A stretch of DNA of 64,000 nucleotides from Chloroflexota bacterium (GCA_049324895.1 JBMOMS010000173.1:708-64707); one strand, 5' to 3'. Positions 1 through 9,009 are shown, numbered from the stretch's first letter. Program-made: numbers and translations. The notes: generated by a model from the sequence alone, not told the origin.

Positions 1-94
1 GACGTTGGCTAAACCAAGCATCGCTCAAGTGCTGGCTGGCATGAGTTTTTTACAAACGCTGACCCAGCATCATGAATAGGAATAAAGAGGCTTT

Positions 95-394
95 ATGACC
101 CAAAGCATAGATACAAAAACCGTCAAGCACGTAGCCTATCTCGTGCGGCTGGGAATCACGGACGAGGAGGCGCAGGGCTTCAGCCAGCAGTTCTCGGCCA
201 TCATCGATTACTTCAACCTGCTCAACGAAGTGGACACCAGCGACACGCCGCCCGCCACGCAGGTCATCCACGCCAGCATGGTGCTGCGCGAGGACACGGC
301 CAGGCCTTCGATGTCGCGCGAGGAATTTTTGAAGAACGCGCCCGAAAGCGAAGATGGCTACGTCAAGGTCTCGACCGTGTTTGGGGAGGAATAA
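95..394 (+). CDS. gatC: Asp-tRNA(Asn)/Glu-tRNA(Gln) amidotransferase subunit C
   Basis: 99-aa ORF with GatC-like sequence. AAAGAGG Shine-Dalgarno upstream. The TAA stop abuts the gatA ATG. Confidence 0.9.
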   Translation: MTQSIDTKTVKHVAYLVRLGITDEEAQGFSQQFSAIIDYFNLLNEVDTSDTPPATQVIHASMVLREDTARPSMSREEFLKNAPESEDGYVKVSTVFGEE

Positions 395-1855
395 ATGGAC
401 TTGGCTTCTTTAACTTTGCGCTCGGCGCAGGAGATGCTGCGCAGCAAACAGGTCAGTAGCGTGGAGTTGACCCAGGCCATGCTGGATCGCATCCACAAAG
501 TAGATGCGCAGATTCAAGCATACATGACCGTCACCGATGAACTGGCGCTGGAACAGGCGCGTCAGGCGGATGAGCGGCTGGCCCACGGCGAGAACATCAC
601 CCCGCTGACGGGTATCCCATTCGGCGTGAAGGATTGCCTGTCCACCCGCGGCGTGCGCACCACCTGCTCGTCGAAGATTTTGGAAAATTACGTCCCACAG
701 TACAACGCCACCGTAATCGACAAACTGTCCGATGCGGGCGCGGTGCTGCTGGGCAAACACAACATGGACGAGTTCGGCATGGGCTCGTCGTGCGAGAACT
801 CGGCCTACTTCCCGACCCGCAACCCGTGGGATCTGACGCGCGTCCCTGGCGGGTCGAGCGGCGGGTCGGCGGCGGCGGCTTCGGCAGGCATGGGACTCTT
901 CTCCATTGGCGAAGACACGGGCGGATCGGTGCGCATGCCCGCGGGCTTCTGCAACGTGACAGGCCTCAAGCCAACCTACGGGCGCGTGTCCCGTTATGGG
1001 CTGATCGCGCTGGTCTCGTCGTTTGACTCGATTGGGCCGATGGCGCGTGAGGTGTATGACGTCGCCACGGTCACGGAAGCCATTGCGGGCGTGGACAGAC
1101 TCGACAGCACGTCGGCGGCGCTGCCCGTCCCGCAGTACAGCCAGTCGCTGGGCAAGTCGGTCAAGGGCATGAAGCTGGGCATCCCAAAGGAATATTTCGT
1201 GGCGGGCATGGAAGCGGGCGTGGAAAGCGCCATCCACAAAGCCATCGCGCAGTTCGAGGCGCTCGGCATGGAAATCCATGAAGTGTCGCTGCCGCACACG
1301 CAGTACGGCCTGCCCGTCTATTACCTGATCCTGTTCGCGGAGGCCAGCGCCAACCTGGCGCGCTTCGACGGGACGCGCTTCGGCCTGTCGGTGCGCGACG
1401 GGGCGCAGGATGTGATCGATGTGTACCTGCAAACCCGCCGCGCGGGCTTCGGCGATGAGGTCAAGCGGCGCATCATGCTGGGTGCGTACACGCTCTCGGC
1501 GGGCTACTACGACGCGTATTACCTCAAGGCGCAAAAAGTCCGCACGCTGCTGCGGCAGGACTTCGAGCAGGCCTTCGAAAAGGTGGATGCGCTGATCGCG
1601 CCGACCTGTCCGACCACGGCCTTCAAACTCGGCGAGAAGACCGCCGATCCGCTGGAGATGTATCTCTCGGATATTTACGTCACGGCCACCAACCCCGCGG
1701 GCGTCCCGTCGCTGGCGCTGCCGTGCGGATTCTCGCAGGGCATGCCCGTCGGGATGCAGTTGATGGGCAAACATTTCAACGAAGAGACGCTGTTCCAGAT
1801 CGGCCACGCCTATCAGCAAATCACCGACTGGCACAAGCAGTTGCCGCCGATCTAG
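395..1855 (+). CDS. gatA: Asp-tRNA(Asn)/Glu-tRNA(Gln) amidotransferase subunit A
   Basis: 486-aa ORF with the amidase signature ([10 protein letters not shown]). The start directly follows the gatC stop. Confidence 0.95.
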   Translation: MDLASLTLRSAQEMLRSKQVSSVELTQAMLDRIHKVDAQIQAYMTVTDELALEQARQADERLAHGENITPLTGIPFGVKDCLSTRGVRTTCSSKILENYVPQYNATVIDKLSDAGAVLLGKHNMDEFGMGSSCENSAYFPTRNPWDLTRVPGGSSGGSAAAASAGMGLFSIGEDTGGSVRMPAGFCNVTGLKPTYGRVSRYGLIALVSSFDSIGPMAREVYDVATVTEAIAGVDRLDSTSAALPVPQYSQSLGKSVKGMKLGIPKEYFVAGMEAGVESAIHKAIAQFEALGMEIHEVSLPHTQYGLPVYYLILFAEASANLARFDGTRFGLSVRDGAQDVIDVYLQTRRAGFGDEVKRRIMLGAYTLSAGYYDAYYLKAQKVRTLLRQDFEQAFEKVDALIAPTCPTTAFKLGEKTADPLEMYLSDIYVTATNPAGVPSLALPCGFSQGMPVGMQLMGKHFNEETLFQIGHAYQQITDWHKQLPPI

Positions 1856-1856
1856 A

Positions 1857-1914
1857 ATCCACGAAGGGCACGAAGATCACGAAAAATTCGTGCTCCTTCG
1901 TGTTCTTCGTGGAT
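1857..1914. repeat. Nested perfect hairpin element (3x CACGAAG then 3x CTTCGTG) in the gatA-gatB spacer
   Basis: ATCCACGAAG (1857-1866) pairs with CTTCGTGGAT (1905-1914). Inner CACGAA/TTCGTG arms were read directly from the sequence. Confidence 0.8.
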
Positions 1915-1930
1915 CAAAAAGGGTATCAAC

Positions 1931-3382
1931 ATGACCAAATACGAAACCGTGATCGGGCTTGAAATCCACGCCGAGTTGCAGACCGCTTCCAAGATGTTTT
2001 GCGGCTGCTCCGCCGATTACTCGTCCGCGCCCGAAGCCAACACCAACATCTGTCCCGTCTGCACAGCGCTGCCTGGCGCGATGCCCGTCATCAATGCCAA
2101 AGCCGTCGAGCAGGCCATCCTGGTCGGGCTGGCGCTGCACTGCACGATCAATCCGCACAACACCTTTGCGCGCAAAAATTATTTTTATCCCGACCTGCCC
2201 AAGGGCTACCAGATCTCGCAGTATGACCTGCCCATCGCTTCCGAAGGCTGGCTGGATGTGCCTGCCGATGCGGGTGAGGGCACACAGCGCATCCGCATCC
2301 GCCGCGCGCATCTCGAAGAGGATACCGCCAAGACCTTCCACCGCGGCGACCATGCGCTGATCGACTACAACCGCGCGGGCGTGCCGCTGCTGGAGATCGT
2401 CACCGAGCCTGATTTCCGCAGCGTCGAGTCTGCGCTGGCCTACGCCACCAAGATCCGCGCCATCCTGCGTTATCTCGGCGTCAACGCGGGCGACATGGAG
2501 AAGGGCATCCTGCGCTTCGAGGCCAATGTCTCCGTGCGCCCCGTGGGAAGCGACGAGCTCCGCACCCGCACCGAGATCAAGAACCTGAACAGCTTCCGCG
2601 CCCTGACCCGCGCTTCCGCTTATGAGATCGAGCGCCAGATCAAGCTCTACGAAAGCGGCGGCCAGGTCGTGCAGGAAACATTGGGATGGGATGAAGCCCG
2701 CGGCGTGACGGTGTCCCAGCGCAGCAAGGAACATGCCCACGACTACCGCTACTTCCCCGAGCCTGACCTGCCTCCGTTGGAATTGGCCGCGTCCTACATC
2801 GACAGTTTCCGCGCCCACCTGCCCGAGTTGCCTGATGCCAAGACCGAGCGTTTCCTCCGCGAATATGGACTCAAGCCGCAGGACGCCGCCCTGCTGGCCT
2901 CCGAACTCTCATTGGCCGATTACTTTGAAGCCGTCACCTCACAGACGCGCGACAGCGCCCAGACCGTCTGCAACTGGCTGACAGGCGCCCTCCTGCGGCA
3001 GGTCAACGAGCTTGGCCTGAGCGTGGACGCGATCCCCGTCCCCGCCGCGCACCTGGCTCAACTAATCGACCTGGCCTTCGACAAGACCATCAGCGGCAAC
3101 ACCGCCAAGTCCGTGCTGGTCGAGATGTTCCAGAGCGGCCGCGCCCCGCAGGAGATCGTCGAGGCGCAGGGGCTGGGACAGATCTCCGATGAAAGCGTCC
3201 TCAAGGAAATGGTCATCAAGCTCATCGCTGACAATCCCAAGGAAGTCGCCAGCTATCTCGGCGGCAAGGAAACCCTGCTGCAATGGTTCATGGGACAGAT
3301 TGCCCGCGCCACCAAAGGCAAAGCCGATCCGCAGGCGGTGAAGCAGTTGCTGCTGGATGAATTTGAGAAGATGAAAAAGTAG
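1931..3382 (+). CDS. gatB: Asp-tRNA(Asn)/Glu-tRNA(Gln) amidotransferase subunit B
   Basis: 483-aa ORF with a GatB N-terminal catalytic region ([18 protein letters not shown]) and a GatB/YqeY-type C-terminal tail. Confidence 0.95.
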   Translation: MTKYETVIGLEIHAELQTASKMFCGCSADYSSAPEANTNICPVCTALPGAMPVINAKAVEQAILVGLALHCTINPHNTFARKNYFYPDLPKGYQISQYDLPIASEGWLDVPADAGEGTQRIRIRRAHLEEDTAKTFHRGDHALIDYNRAGVPLLEIVTEPDFRSVESALAYATKIRAILRYLGVNAGDMEKGILRFEANVSVRPVGSDELRTRTEIKNLNSFRALTRASAYEIERQIKLYESGGQVVQETLGWDEARGVTVSQRSKEHAHDYRYFPEPDLPPLELAASYIDSFRAHLPELPDAKTERFLREYGLKPQDAALLASELSLADYFEAVTSQTRDSAQTVCNWLTGALLRQVNELGLSVDAIPVPAAHLAQLIDLAFDKTISGNTAKSVLVEMFQSGRAPQEIVEAQGLGQISDESVLKEMVIKLIADNPKEVASYLGGKETLLQWFMGQIARATKGKADPQAVKQLLLDEFEKMKK

Positions 3383-3404
3383 GACTGCCGCCTGTGCCTG
3401 TCCA

Positions 3405-3413
3405 TGCTATAAT
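3405..3413 (+). promoter_or_regulatory. Extended -10 promoter element TGcTATAAT, 7 nt upstream of the leader-peptide ATG (leaderless arrangement)
   Basis: TG at 3405-3406, TATAAT at 3408-3413, ATG at 3421. No SD lies between them. Confidence 0.5.
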
Positions 3414-3420
3414 TGCCGCC

Positions 3421-3501
3421 ATGAAATCCCAACTGCCCTTCGCCAACAACAACGACGATAATGACGATCGCCGTATCGTTGGGCGAAGCCTGGCAGGTTG
3501 A
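3421..3501 (+). CDS. 26-aa Asn/Asp-rich leader peptide MKSQLPFANNNDDNDDRRIVGRSLAG (putative attenuation leader for aspS)
   Basis: Hand-translated and too short for the ORF track. Codons 9-16 are AAC AAC AAC GAC GAT AAT GAC GAT. The TGA stop at 3499-3501 lies inside RNA segment 2 of the alternative-hairpin set. Confidence 0.6.
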   Translation: MKSQLPFANNNDDNDDRRIVGRSLAG

Positions 3502-3558
3502 CGAAAATCCATCGCAACCCCAATCGCCCAACGCACACGCGAAGGGCGATTTATTTTG
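3433..3558 (+). promoter_or_regulatory. Transcription attenuator with alternative 1:2, 2:3 (antiterminator) and 3:4 (terminator) pairings
   Basis: Pairing 1:2 is CTTCGCC 3438-3444 with GGCGAAG 3482-3488. Pairing 2:3 is TTGGGCGA 3479-3486 with TCGCCCAA 3524-3531. Pairing 3:4 is AATCGCCC 3522-3529 with GGGCGATT 3544-3551, followed by a U-tract. Confidence 0.6.
3522..3558 (+). terminator. Intrinsic terminator of the aspS leader
   Basis: The stem AATCGCCC..CGC-ACAC-GCG..GGGCGATT is followed by TATTTTG. Confidence 0.65.
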
Positions 3559-3567
3559 TATACAAAT

Positions 3568-3656
3568 GTCATTGCGAGGGTGCGTAGCACCCGAAGCAAT
3601 CTCAAGTAACCTATAAACATGAGATTGCCGCGCTCGCTTCGCTCGCTCGCAATGAC
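3568..3656. repeat. Palindromic element GTCATTGCGAG...GCAATCTC / GAGATTGC...CTCGCAATGAC
   Basis: Outer arms at 3568-3578 and 3646-3656. Inner GCAATCTC/GAGATTGC arms. Lies in the aspS 5' region. Confidence 0.75.
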
Positions 3657-3674
3657 CTCAACATTGGAGGCATC

Positions 3675-5438
3675 ATGTATAAAACTCACACTTGCGGCGA
3701 ATTGCGCGCCGCCCACGCAGGTCAAACCGTGACTTTGGCGGGCTGGGTACACAACTTCCGCACCTTTGGCGGGGTGGTCTTCCTTGTCCTGCGCGACCGC
3801 TACGGCATCACCCAAATCACCACCAGCCCGACCGATTTCCCCGAGGCGCACCAGGCCATCGAATCCGCCAAGGCGGAGTGGGTGCTGCAAATCGAAGGTG
3901 TGGTCAAGATGCGCCCCAGCGACCAGTTCAACCCGAAGATGGCCACGGGCGAAATCGAACTCGAAGCCCGCAAGGTGACCGTGTTGAACCAGTCCAAGGC
4001 CACGCCCATCGTCGTCAGCCGCGACGAGGACGAGAACGAGGACATCCGCCTGAAATATCGCTATCTCGACCTGCGCCGCGAACGCATGAGCCGCAACATG
4101 GTGTTGCGTCACCGCGTCACCAAGTTCATGCGCGACTTCATGGACAAGCAAGGCTTCATCGAGGTCGAGACGCCGATCCTGTTCAAAGCCACGCCCGAGG
4201 GCGCGCGCGACTATCTCGTGCCGTCCCGCATCCACCCAGGTCACTTCTACGCCCTGCCCCAGTCGCCGCAGCAGCTCAAGCAGTTGTTGATGGTGGCGGG
4301 CATGGATCGCTACTTCCAGATCGCGCGCTGCTTCCGCGACGAAGACCTGCGCGGCGACCGTCAGCCCGAGTTCACCCAACTCGACCTGGAAATGTCCTTC
4401 GTTCACCGCGACGACGTGCTGGTTCTGGTCGAACAGCTCTACACCGAGATGCTGCCCGCCGTCGCTCCGCACAAGAAGCTGCTCTCCTCGCCGTGGCCGA
4501 AATTCTCGCACCACGAGGTGGTCGAGAAATACGGTTCGGACAAGCCCGACCTGCGCTTCGGCATGGAACTGGTCGACGTGAGCGACATCTTCGCCAGGAG
4601 CGAATTCCGCGTCTTCCAGGGCGCGCTGGAAGCGAAGGGCGTGATCAAGTGCATCGTCGCTTCGGGCTGCGCCGACTATTCCCGCAAGGAAGTCGACGCG
4701 TTGACCGAGGCGGCCAAATCGCTCGGGGCGAAGGGGCTGGCCACGGTAGCGGTAACCGCTGAAGGCGTGAAGGGCACCGCGGGCAAATTCGTCACCGCCG
4801 ATGAGGTGGCGGCGCTCAAATCCCGCCTGAACATCAAGGACGGCGACCTGATCCTGTTCGCCGCGGATGCCCGCGCCGTGGTCAACAAGGTGTTGGGCGG
4901 ACTGCGCCTCATCTTCCGCGACAAGCTAGATCTGGCGGACAAGGACACCATGGCCTTCGCCTGGGTGGTCGACTTCCCGATGTTTGCCTGGAACGAAGAG
5001 GATCAGCGCTGGGACGCCGAGCATCACCCATTCACCATGCCGCAGCTCGACGATCTGTCGAAGTTCGACACCGACCCTGGCTCGATCCTGTCGGATGCGT
5101 ACGACATGGTCTGCAACGGCTACGAAATGGCCTCGGGCTCGATCCGCATCCACCGCCGCGACATCCAGACCAGGATCTTCCAACTGCTCGGCCTGAAGGA
5201 TGAAGACATCCAGGCCAAGTTCGGCCACCTGCTGGAGGCGTTCGAGTACGGCGCGCCCCCGCACGGCGGCATGGCCCCTGGCATCGACCGTCTGGTGATG
5301 CTGCTGGCCGACGAACCAAACATCCGCGAAGTGATCGCCTTCCCCAAGAACCAAAGCGGCCGCGACGTGATGGCCGATGCGCCGTCCACGGTGGAAGACA
5401 GGCAATTGAAGGAATTGCATATTAAAATAGCGGAATGA
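3675..5438 (+). CDS. aspS: Aspartate--tRNA ligase (bacterial type)
   Basis: 587-aa class IIb aaRS. Motifs seen: [18 protein letters not shown] and [21 protein letters not shown] lies 4 nt upstream. Confidence 0.95.
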   Translation: MYKTHTCGELRAAHAGQTVTLAGWVHNFRTFGGVVFLVLRDRYGITQITTSPTDFPEAHQAIESAKAEWVLQIEGVVKMRPSDQFNPKMATGEIELEARKVTVLNQSKATPIVVSRDEDENEDIRLKYRYLDLRRERMSRNMVLRHRVTKFMRDFMDKQGFIEVETPILFKATPEGARDYLVPSRIHPGHFYALPQSPQQLKQLLMVAGMDRYFQIARCFRDEDLRGDRQPEFTQLDLEMSFVHRDDVLVLVEQLYTEMLPAVAPHKKLLSSPWPKFSHHEVVEKYGSDKPDLRFGMELVDVSDIFARSEFRVFQGALEAKGVIKCIVASGCADYSRKEVDALTEAAKSLGAKGLATVAVTAEGVKGTAGKFVTADEVAALKSRLNIKDGDLILFAADARAVVNKVLGGLRLIFRDKLDLADKDTMAFAWVVDFPMFAWNEEDQRWDAEHHPFTMPQLDDLSKFDTDPGSILSDAYDMVCNGYEMASGSIRIHRRDIQTRIFQLLGLKDEDIQAKFGHLLEAFEYGAPPHGGMAPGIDRLVMLLADEPNIREVIAFPKNQSGRDVMADAPSTVEDRQLKELHIKIAE

Positions 5439-5443
5439 CGAAC

Positions 5444-5488
5444 TCCGAAACTCGATATTCGAGAAGCGTTCGAATATCGAGTTTCGGA
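5444..5488. terminator. 19-bp perfect hairpin after aspS (possible U-tail-less terminator)
   Basis: TCCGAAACTCGATATTCGA pairs with TCGAATATCGAGTTTCGGA. It is followed by an A-run rather than a T-run on the + strand. Confidence 0.4.
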
Positions 5489-5501
5489 AAAATATCTGCC
5501 G

Positions 5502-5510
5502 TGCTACAAT
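5502..5510 (+). promoter_or_regulatory. Extended -10 TGcTACAAT upstream of the DUF433/DUF5615 pair
   Basis: TACAAT at 5505-5510, preceded by TGc. Confidence 0.45.
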
Positions 5511-5543
5511 CGCTGTATGAAGTTTTAGCGAAAGGAGTTTGAC

Positions 5544-5783
5544 ATGGACTGGCAGGATCGAATTGTGATTGACCCGAAAATACTGGTTGGAAAGCCCATC
5601 ATCAAAGGAACACGCCTTGCCGTGGAATTCATTGTTGAACTGCTTGCGCAGGGCTGGCCCGAAAGCGAGATCCTAAGAAATTACCCAGGGATCTCAAATG
5701 AGGATATTTCAGCCTGTCTGAAATATGCCACCAACCTGCTCAAAGCCGAAAAAATTTATCCCTTTCAGCTTTCGCAGGCGTGA
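5544..5783 (+). CDS. DUF433-family protein (putative antitoxin)
   Basis: 79-aa ORF with a DUF433-like core (VIDPKILVGKPIIKGTRLAVEFIVELL). AAAGGAG SD. 4-nt overlap with the next ORF. Confidence 0.8.
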   Translation: MDWQDRIVIDPKILVGKPIIKGTRLAVEFIVELLAQGWPESEILRNYPGISNEDISACLKYATNLLKAEKIYPFQLSQA

Positions 5784-6145
5784 AAATGAGGCTTCTTGCT
5801 AACGAGAACTTTCCGCTGGACGCAGTGCAGGCCTTGCGCACAAACGGACATGATGTTGCCTGGATTCGCGAAGATGCGCGCGGAAGCGCTGACGACAAAG
5901 TTTTAATCCGCGCCCAGGAAGAAAAACGAATTCTAATCACGTTTGACAAGGATTTTGGTGAGCTGGCATTTCGCTCCAAACTTCCAGCCGATTGTGGCAT
6001 CATTTTGTTCCGCATTACGCCCGTATCCTCGGCATATATCGCCCAGGTTGCGGTACAAGCGCTTGCCAGCCGAAAAGATTGGGCGGGACATTTCTCAGTG
6101 GTTGAAGATCAACGCATTCGAATGACATCATTACAAAACAGATAA
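5780..6145 (+). CDS. DUF5615-family PIN-like protein (putative toxin)
   Basis: 121-aa ORF (LLANENFP...ILITFDKDF) translationally coupled to the DUF433 gene. The segment is locally AT-richer. Confidence 0.75.
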   Translation: MKMRLLANENFPLDAVQALRTNGHDVAWIREDARGSADDKVLIRAQEEKRILITFDKDFGELAFRSKLPADCGIILFRITPVSSAYIAQVAVQALASRKDWAGHFSVVEDQRIRMTSLQNR

Positions 6146-6170
6146 TCATCGAAACATCAAGGAGAGTTTT

Positions 6171-7514
6171 ATGCCAGAAATCATTCGCGTCTCAGACATC
6201 TCGAAATACGCAGGCCAGGAAGTCACCGTCCAGGGCTGGGTCTACAACCGCACCGACAAGGGCAAGCTGTGCTTCCTGCTCGTGCGCGACGGCTCGGGCT
6301 TCGTTCAGTGCGTGGCCTTCAAGGGCGATCTCGCCCCCGAACTGTTCGACCAGATCATGCGCCTGCCGCAGGAATCCTCGGTCATCGTCACAGGCGCGGT
6401 GCGCGAGGACAAGCGCGCGCCCGGCATCCCTGGCGGATTCGAACTGGGCATCAAGGATTTGAAGGTGGTGCAAACCGCCGAAGCCGACTACCCGATGTCT
6501 CTCAAGGATCACGGCCCCGACTTCGCGCTCGACAACCGCCACCTGTGGATTCGGATGCAGAGCCAATGGGCCATTCTGCGCATCCGCGCCACGGTCATGG
6601 CCGCCACCCGTGAGTGGCTCGACATCAACGGCTTTGCCGAGATGAGCACGCCCATCCTGACCCCCGCCGCCGCCGAAGGCACCACCACCCTCTTCGAGAC
6701 CGAATACTTCGAGGAAGGCAAAGCCTATCTCGCGCAGACGGGTCAGCTTTACAACGAAGCCAACATCTTCGCCTTTGGCAAGGTCTACTGCTTCGGCCCC
6801 ACCTTCCGCGCCGAGAAGTCCAAGACCCGCCGCCACCTGACCGAGTTCTGGATGCTCGAACCCGAGATTGCCTTCTGCGACCTTGATCAGTTGATGGAGA
6901 TCGAGGAACAGATGATCACCCACATCGTCCAGCGTGTGCTGCGCGAGCGTCTGCCCGAGCTCAAGTCGCTGGGCCGCGACATCTCGAAGCTGGAAAACAT
7001 CCAGGCGCCCTTCCCGCGCATCTCCTACGATGACGCCGCCAAAATGCTCCAGGACATGTACGAGAAGGAAACCGACCCCGAGAAAAAGGCCCTGCTCAAA
7101 TTCGACTGGGGCATCGACTTCGGCGCGCCGCACGAGACGGCCATCACCCAGCAGTTCGACAAGCCCGTCTTCGTCTACGGCTACCCGACCGCGGTCAAGG
7201 CCTTCTACATGGAGCCGTGGCCGGGCCGCCCCGAGGTCTGCAAATCCGTCGACCTGCTGGCCCCCGAAGGCTACGGTGAGATCTGCGGCGGCTCGGAGCG
7301 CATCAGCGACCCCGACCTGCTGCTCAAGCGCATCCACGACCAGGGCCTGCCCGAGGAAGCCTTCAAGTGGTATCTCGAACTGCGCAAGTTCGGCTCCGTG
7401 CCCCACAGCGGATTCGGCATGGGCACCGAGCGCGTCACCACCTGGATCTGCGGCACCGAGCACATCCGCGAGGCGATTGCCTTCCCGCGCACGATCAAGC
7501 GCGTATATCCTTAA
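6171..7514 (+). CDS. asnS: Asparagine--tRNA ligase
   Basis: 447-aa class IIb aaRS with the AsnRS-type motif FGPTFRAEKSKTRRHLTEFWMLEPE. AAGGAGAG SD. Confidence 0.93.
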   Translation: MPEIIRVSDISKYAGQEVTVQGWVYNRTDKGKLCFLLVRDGSGFVQCVAFKGDLAPELFDQIMRLPQESSVIVTGAVREDKRAPGIPGGFELGIKDLKVVQTAEADYPMSLKDHGPDFALDNRHLWIRMQSQWAILRIRATVMAATREWLDINGFAEMSTPILTPAAAEGTTTLFETEYFEEGKAYLAQTGQLYNEANIFAFGKVYCFGPTFRAEKSKTRRHLTEFWMLEPEIAFCDLDQLMEIEEQMITHIVQRVLRERLPELKSLGRDISKLENIQAPFPRISYDDAAKMLQDMYEKETDPEKKALLKFDWGIDFGAPHETAITQQFDKPVFVYGYPTAVKAFYMEPWPGRPEVCKSVDLLAPEGYGEICGGSERISDPDLLLKRIHDQGLPEEAFKWYLELRKFGSVPHSGFGMGTERVTTWICGTEHIREAIAFPRTIKRVYP

Positions 7515-7516
7515 AA

Positions 7517-7561
7517 CAAAAAAGACCCTCAGGGTTTTGAAAACCCTGAGGGTCTTTTTGA
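7517..7561. terminator. Bidirectional intrinsic terminator
   Basis: Sequence AAAAAAGACCCTCAGGGTTTTGAAAACCCTGAGGGTCTTTTT lies between the convergent asnS and muramidase genes. Confidence 0.85.
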
Positions 7562-7563
7562 TT

Positions 7564-8565
7564 CTACGGGATCTGCAGCACCTGCCCCACCTTGACCCTG
7601 TTGATATCCTTGATGTTGTTCAGGGAGGCGATGGCGGCCACCGTCACCGCGAACTTGATGGCGACGAAGGAAAGCGTATCGCCGGGCTGGATCGTATACG
7701 TTTTGGCGGGAGTCTCCACCTTTTCGCCCTCGAGGTTGGTTCCGCTTTCGTTGGGAATCGCCACTGGCGAGGGCACATTCAACGTCTCGCCCACCTTGAG
7801 CAGTTGCAGGTTCGCCATCACCAGCTCGCGGACGGTCACGCCATACTTGGACGCGATGTTCTCGAAGGTATCGCCCGTCGCGACCTTGTGCGTCTTGGGT
7901 TTATCCTCCGCCACAGGCTGCGCGCCCGCGAAGGCGTACAATTCCTCCAGCGTGCCGTTGAACAGGTTCATGTCCACGGCAGCGTTGATGCCGTTGACCA
8001 CGCCCTTGTCGCTGTACTGCCAGAGGGTCCACTTGAACCAGCCTTTGGGCAGGAAGGGCGTCATGCCGGGCGAGTACTGGGTGGGATACTGCGCCAGCCA
8101 GAGCGGATAATCCTTGGCCCAAGACGGAGGCCCGCCGCCCAACTCGGAGAAATGGTCCTGTAAAAAATACTGGCCCGAGTAGATGATCGGCTTTCTGCCA
8201 AACTCGGCCTCGACCGCATCCAGCCAGGCCTTGGCGCGCGCAATGATCTTTAATTTAGGCTGGTTGTCATGCGCCTCCAGGTCGAGCACGTGCGGCAATT
8301 CGCCGTTATCCTTGGTGGCTTTGATGGCCTTGATGAATAGTTCCGCCTGCTTGACGGGGTCGAGGTTGGGGTGGAAAAAACAATAAGCGCCCCGCAGCAG
8401 GCCGGCCGTCTTGGCGCCGGACCAATTCCCGGGGAAGGTCGGGTCCGAGTAGGTCACTCCCTCGGTGGCTTTGACGAAGACATAGCGTTGGCCGGTGGCG
8501 CGCACCTTTGGCCAGTCAATGCCTGAATCCCAATACGAGACGTCGATTCCTGGTACAGTTGCCAT
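7564..8565 (-). CDS. GH25 muramidase (lysozyme) with two C-terminal LysM domains
   Basis: N-terminus is GIDVSYWDSGIDWPKV...FVKATEG. There are two LysM repeats (HKVATGDTFENIASKYG, YTIQPGDTLSFVAIKF). The start is set at the ATG at 8565, preceded by AAAGGAG. Confidence 0.88.
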   Translation of the reverse strand: MATVPGIDVSYWDSGIDWPKVRATGQRYVFVKATEGVTYSDPTFPGNWSGAKTAGLLRGAYCFFHPNLDPVKQAELFIKAIKATKDNGELPHVLDLEAHDNQPKLKIIARAKAWLDAVEAEFGRKPIIYSGQYFLQDHFSELGGGPPSWAKDYPLWLAQYPTQYSPGMTPFLPKGWFKWTLWQYSDKGVVNGINAAVDMNLFNGTLEELYAFAGAQPVAEDKPKTHKVATGDTFENIASKYGVTVRELVMANLQLLKVGETLNVPSPVAIPNESGTNLEGEKVETPAKTYTIQPGDTLSFVAIKFAVTVAAIASLNNIKDINRVKVGQVLQIP

Positions 8566-8821
8566 ACAATGCTCCTTTGCAGCGAATTGCTTACAGGGTA
8601 GCATAAAATAGGGTCGAAATCAATGCTCTCAGTGTGCACGCAAAACATGTCAGGTAATTTCTTGATAAAACTCGGTTTTGCGGCGCAGGGCTCAAAACAC
8701 GGCTATTTTGAGTGAATTTTCGCATAGATTTTCAAGTCCCAAAAAGTACTGACAACCTTTGCGTGCACACATGCTCTCATGTTTCTCTACCCGCGTCCCC
8801 GGGATTATGGTATAAAAGCAA

Positions 8822-9004
8822 TTGCCCTGCTGTGTACGTGATGTTGCACTCGCGGTTTTGAGCCAACACCCTTGTAAGGGGCTCTAATCTTACAGAAATA
8901 ACGCGATAGGCCTGAGCCAAGGCGGCGTTTCTGGGTCAGAGCCCAACCTGCCAAAAGCAGGTTCAAAACTTCGCAACACACGGCATCTGCGGGGTCCATT
9001 TTTT
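8822..9004 (+). ncRNA. ssrS: Candidate 6S-like RNA (about 183 nt rod with a central bubble)
   Basis: TATAAA -10 at 8811-8816. Closing-arm helices: 8825-8830/8989-8994, 8837-8840/8979-8982, 8842-8847/8973-8978, and a 10-bp helix 8855-8864/8960-8969. Central bubble of about 13 nt / 15 nt. Inner 7-bp helix 8879-8885/8938-8944. Apical stem. U-run at 8999-9004. Confidence 0.5.
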
Positions 9005-9009
9005 AAGGC

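Noticed and set aside
410-1834. 474-aa ORF antisense to gatA. Similar long antisense ORFs lie at 6192-7463, 12409-14361, 23805-25112, 26001-28010, 36554-37780, 41657-42910, 43828-45198, 52345-54375, 55980-57281 and 58920-61583.
   Set aside because: Each lies opposite a gene with clear family motifs. The translations are low-complexity and rich in R/G/A/P/H/Q, with no recognisable domains and no SD or start context. These are typical GC-driven shadow ORFs.
3385-3674. T-box riboswitch upstream of aspS
   Set aside because: No T-box consensus (AGGGTGGnACCGCG-like) or specifier-loop architecture could be found. The region is better explained by the leader-peptide attenuator plus a palindromic repeat.
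5517-5528. Three-codon mini-ORF (MKF*) at the predicted TSS of the TA operon, and a 23-codon uORF (44132-44203) upstream of the giant synthase gene.
   Set aside because: Neither has a codon-bias signal or alternative-structure logic comparable to the aspS leader. They probably occur by chance, so they are noted but not called.
7564-8565. Prophage endolysin or prophage remnant
   Set aside because: The GH25-LysM gene is isolated between asnS and the rfb operon. No holin, integrase, capsid or tail genes and no att-like repeats are present. It is more likely a cellular autolysin.
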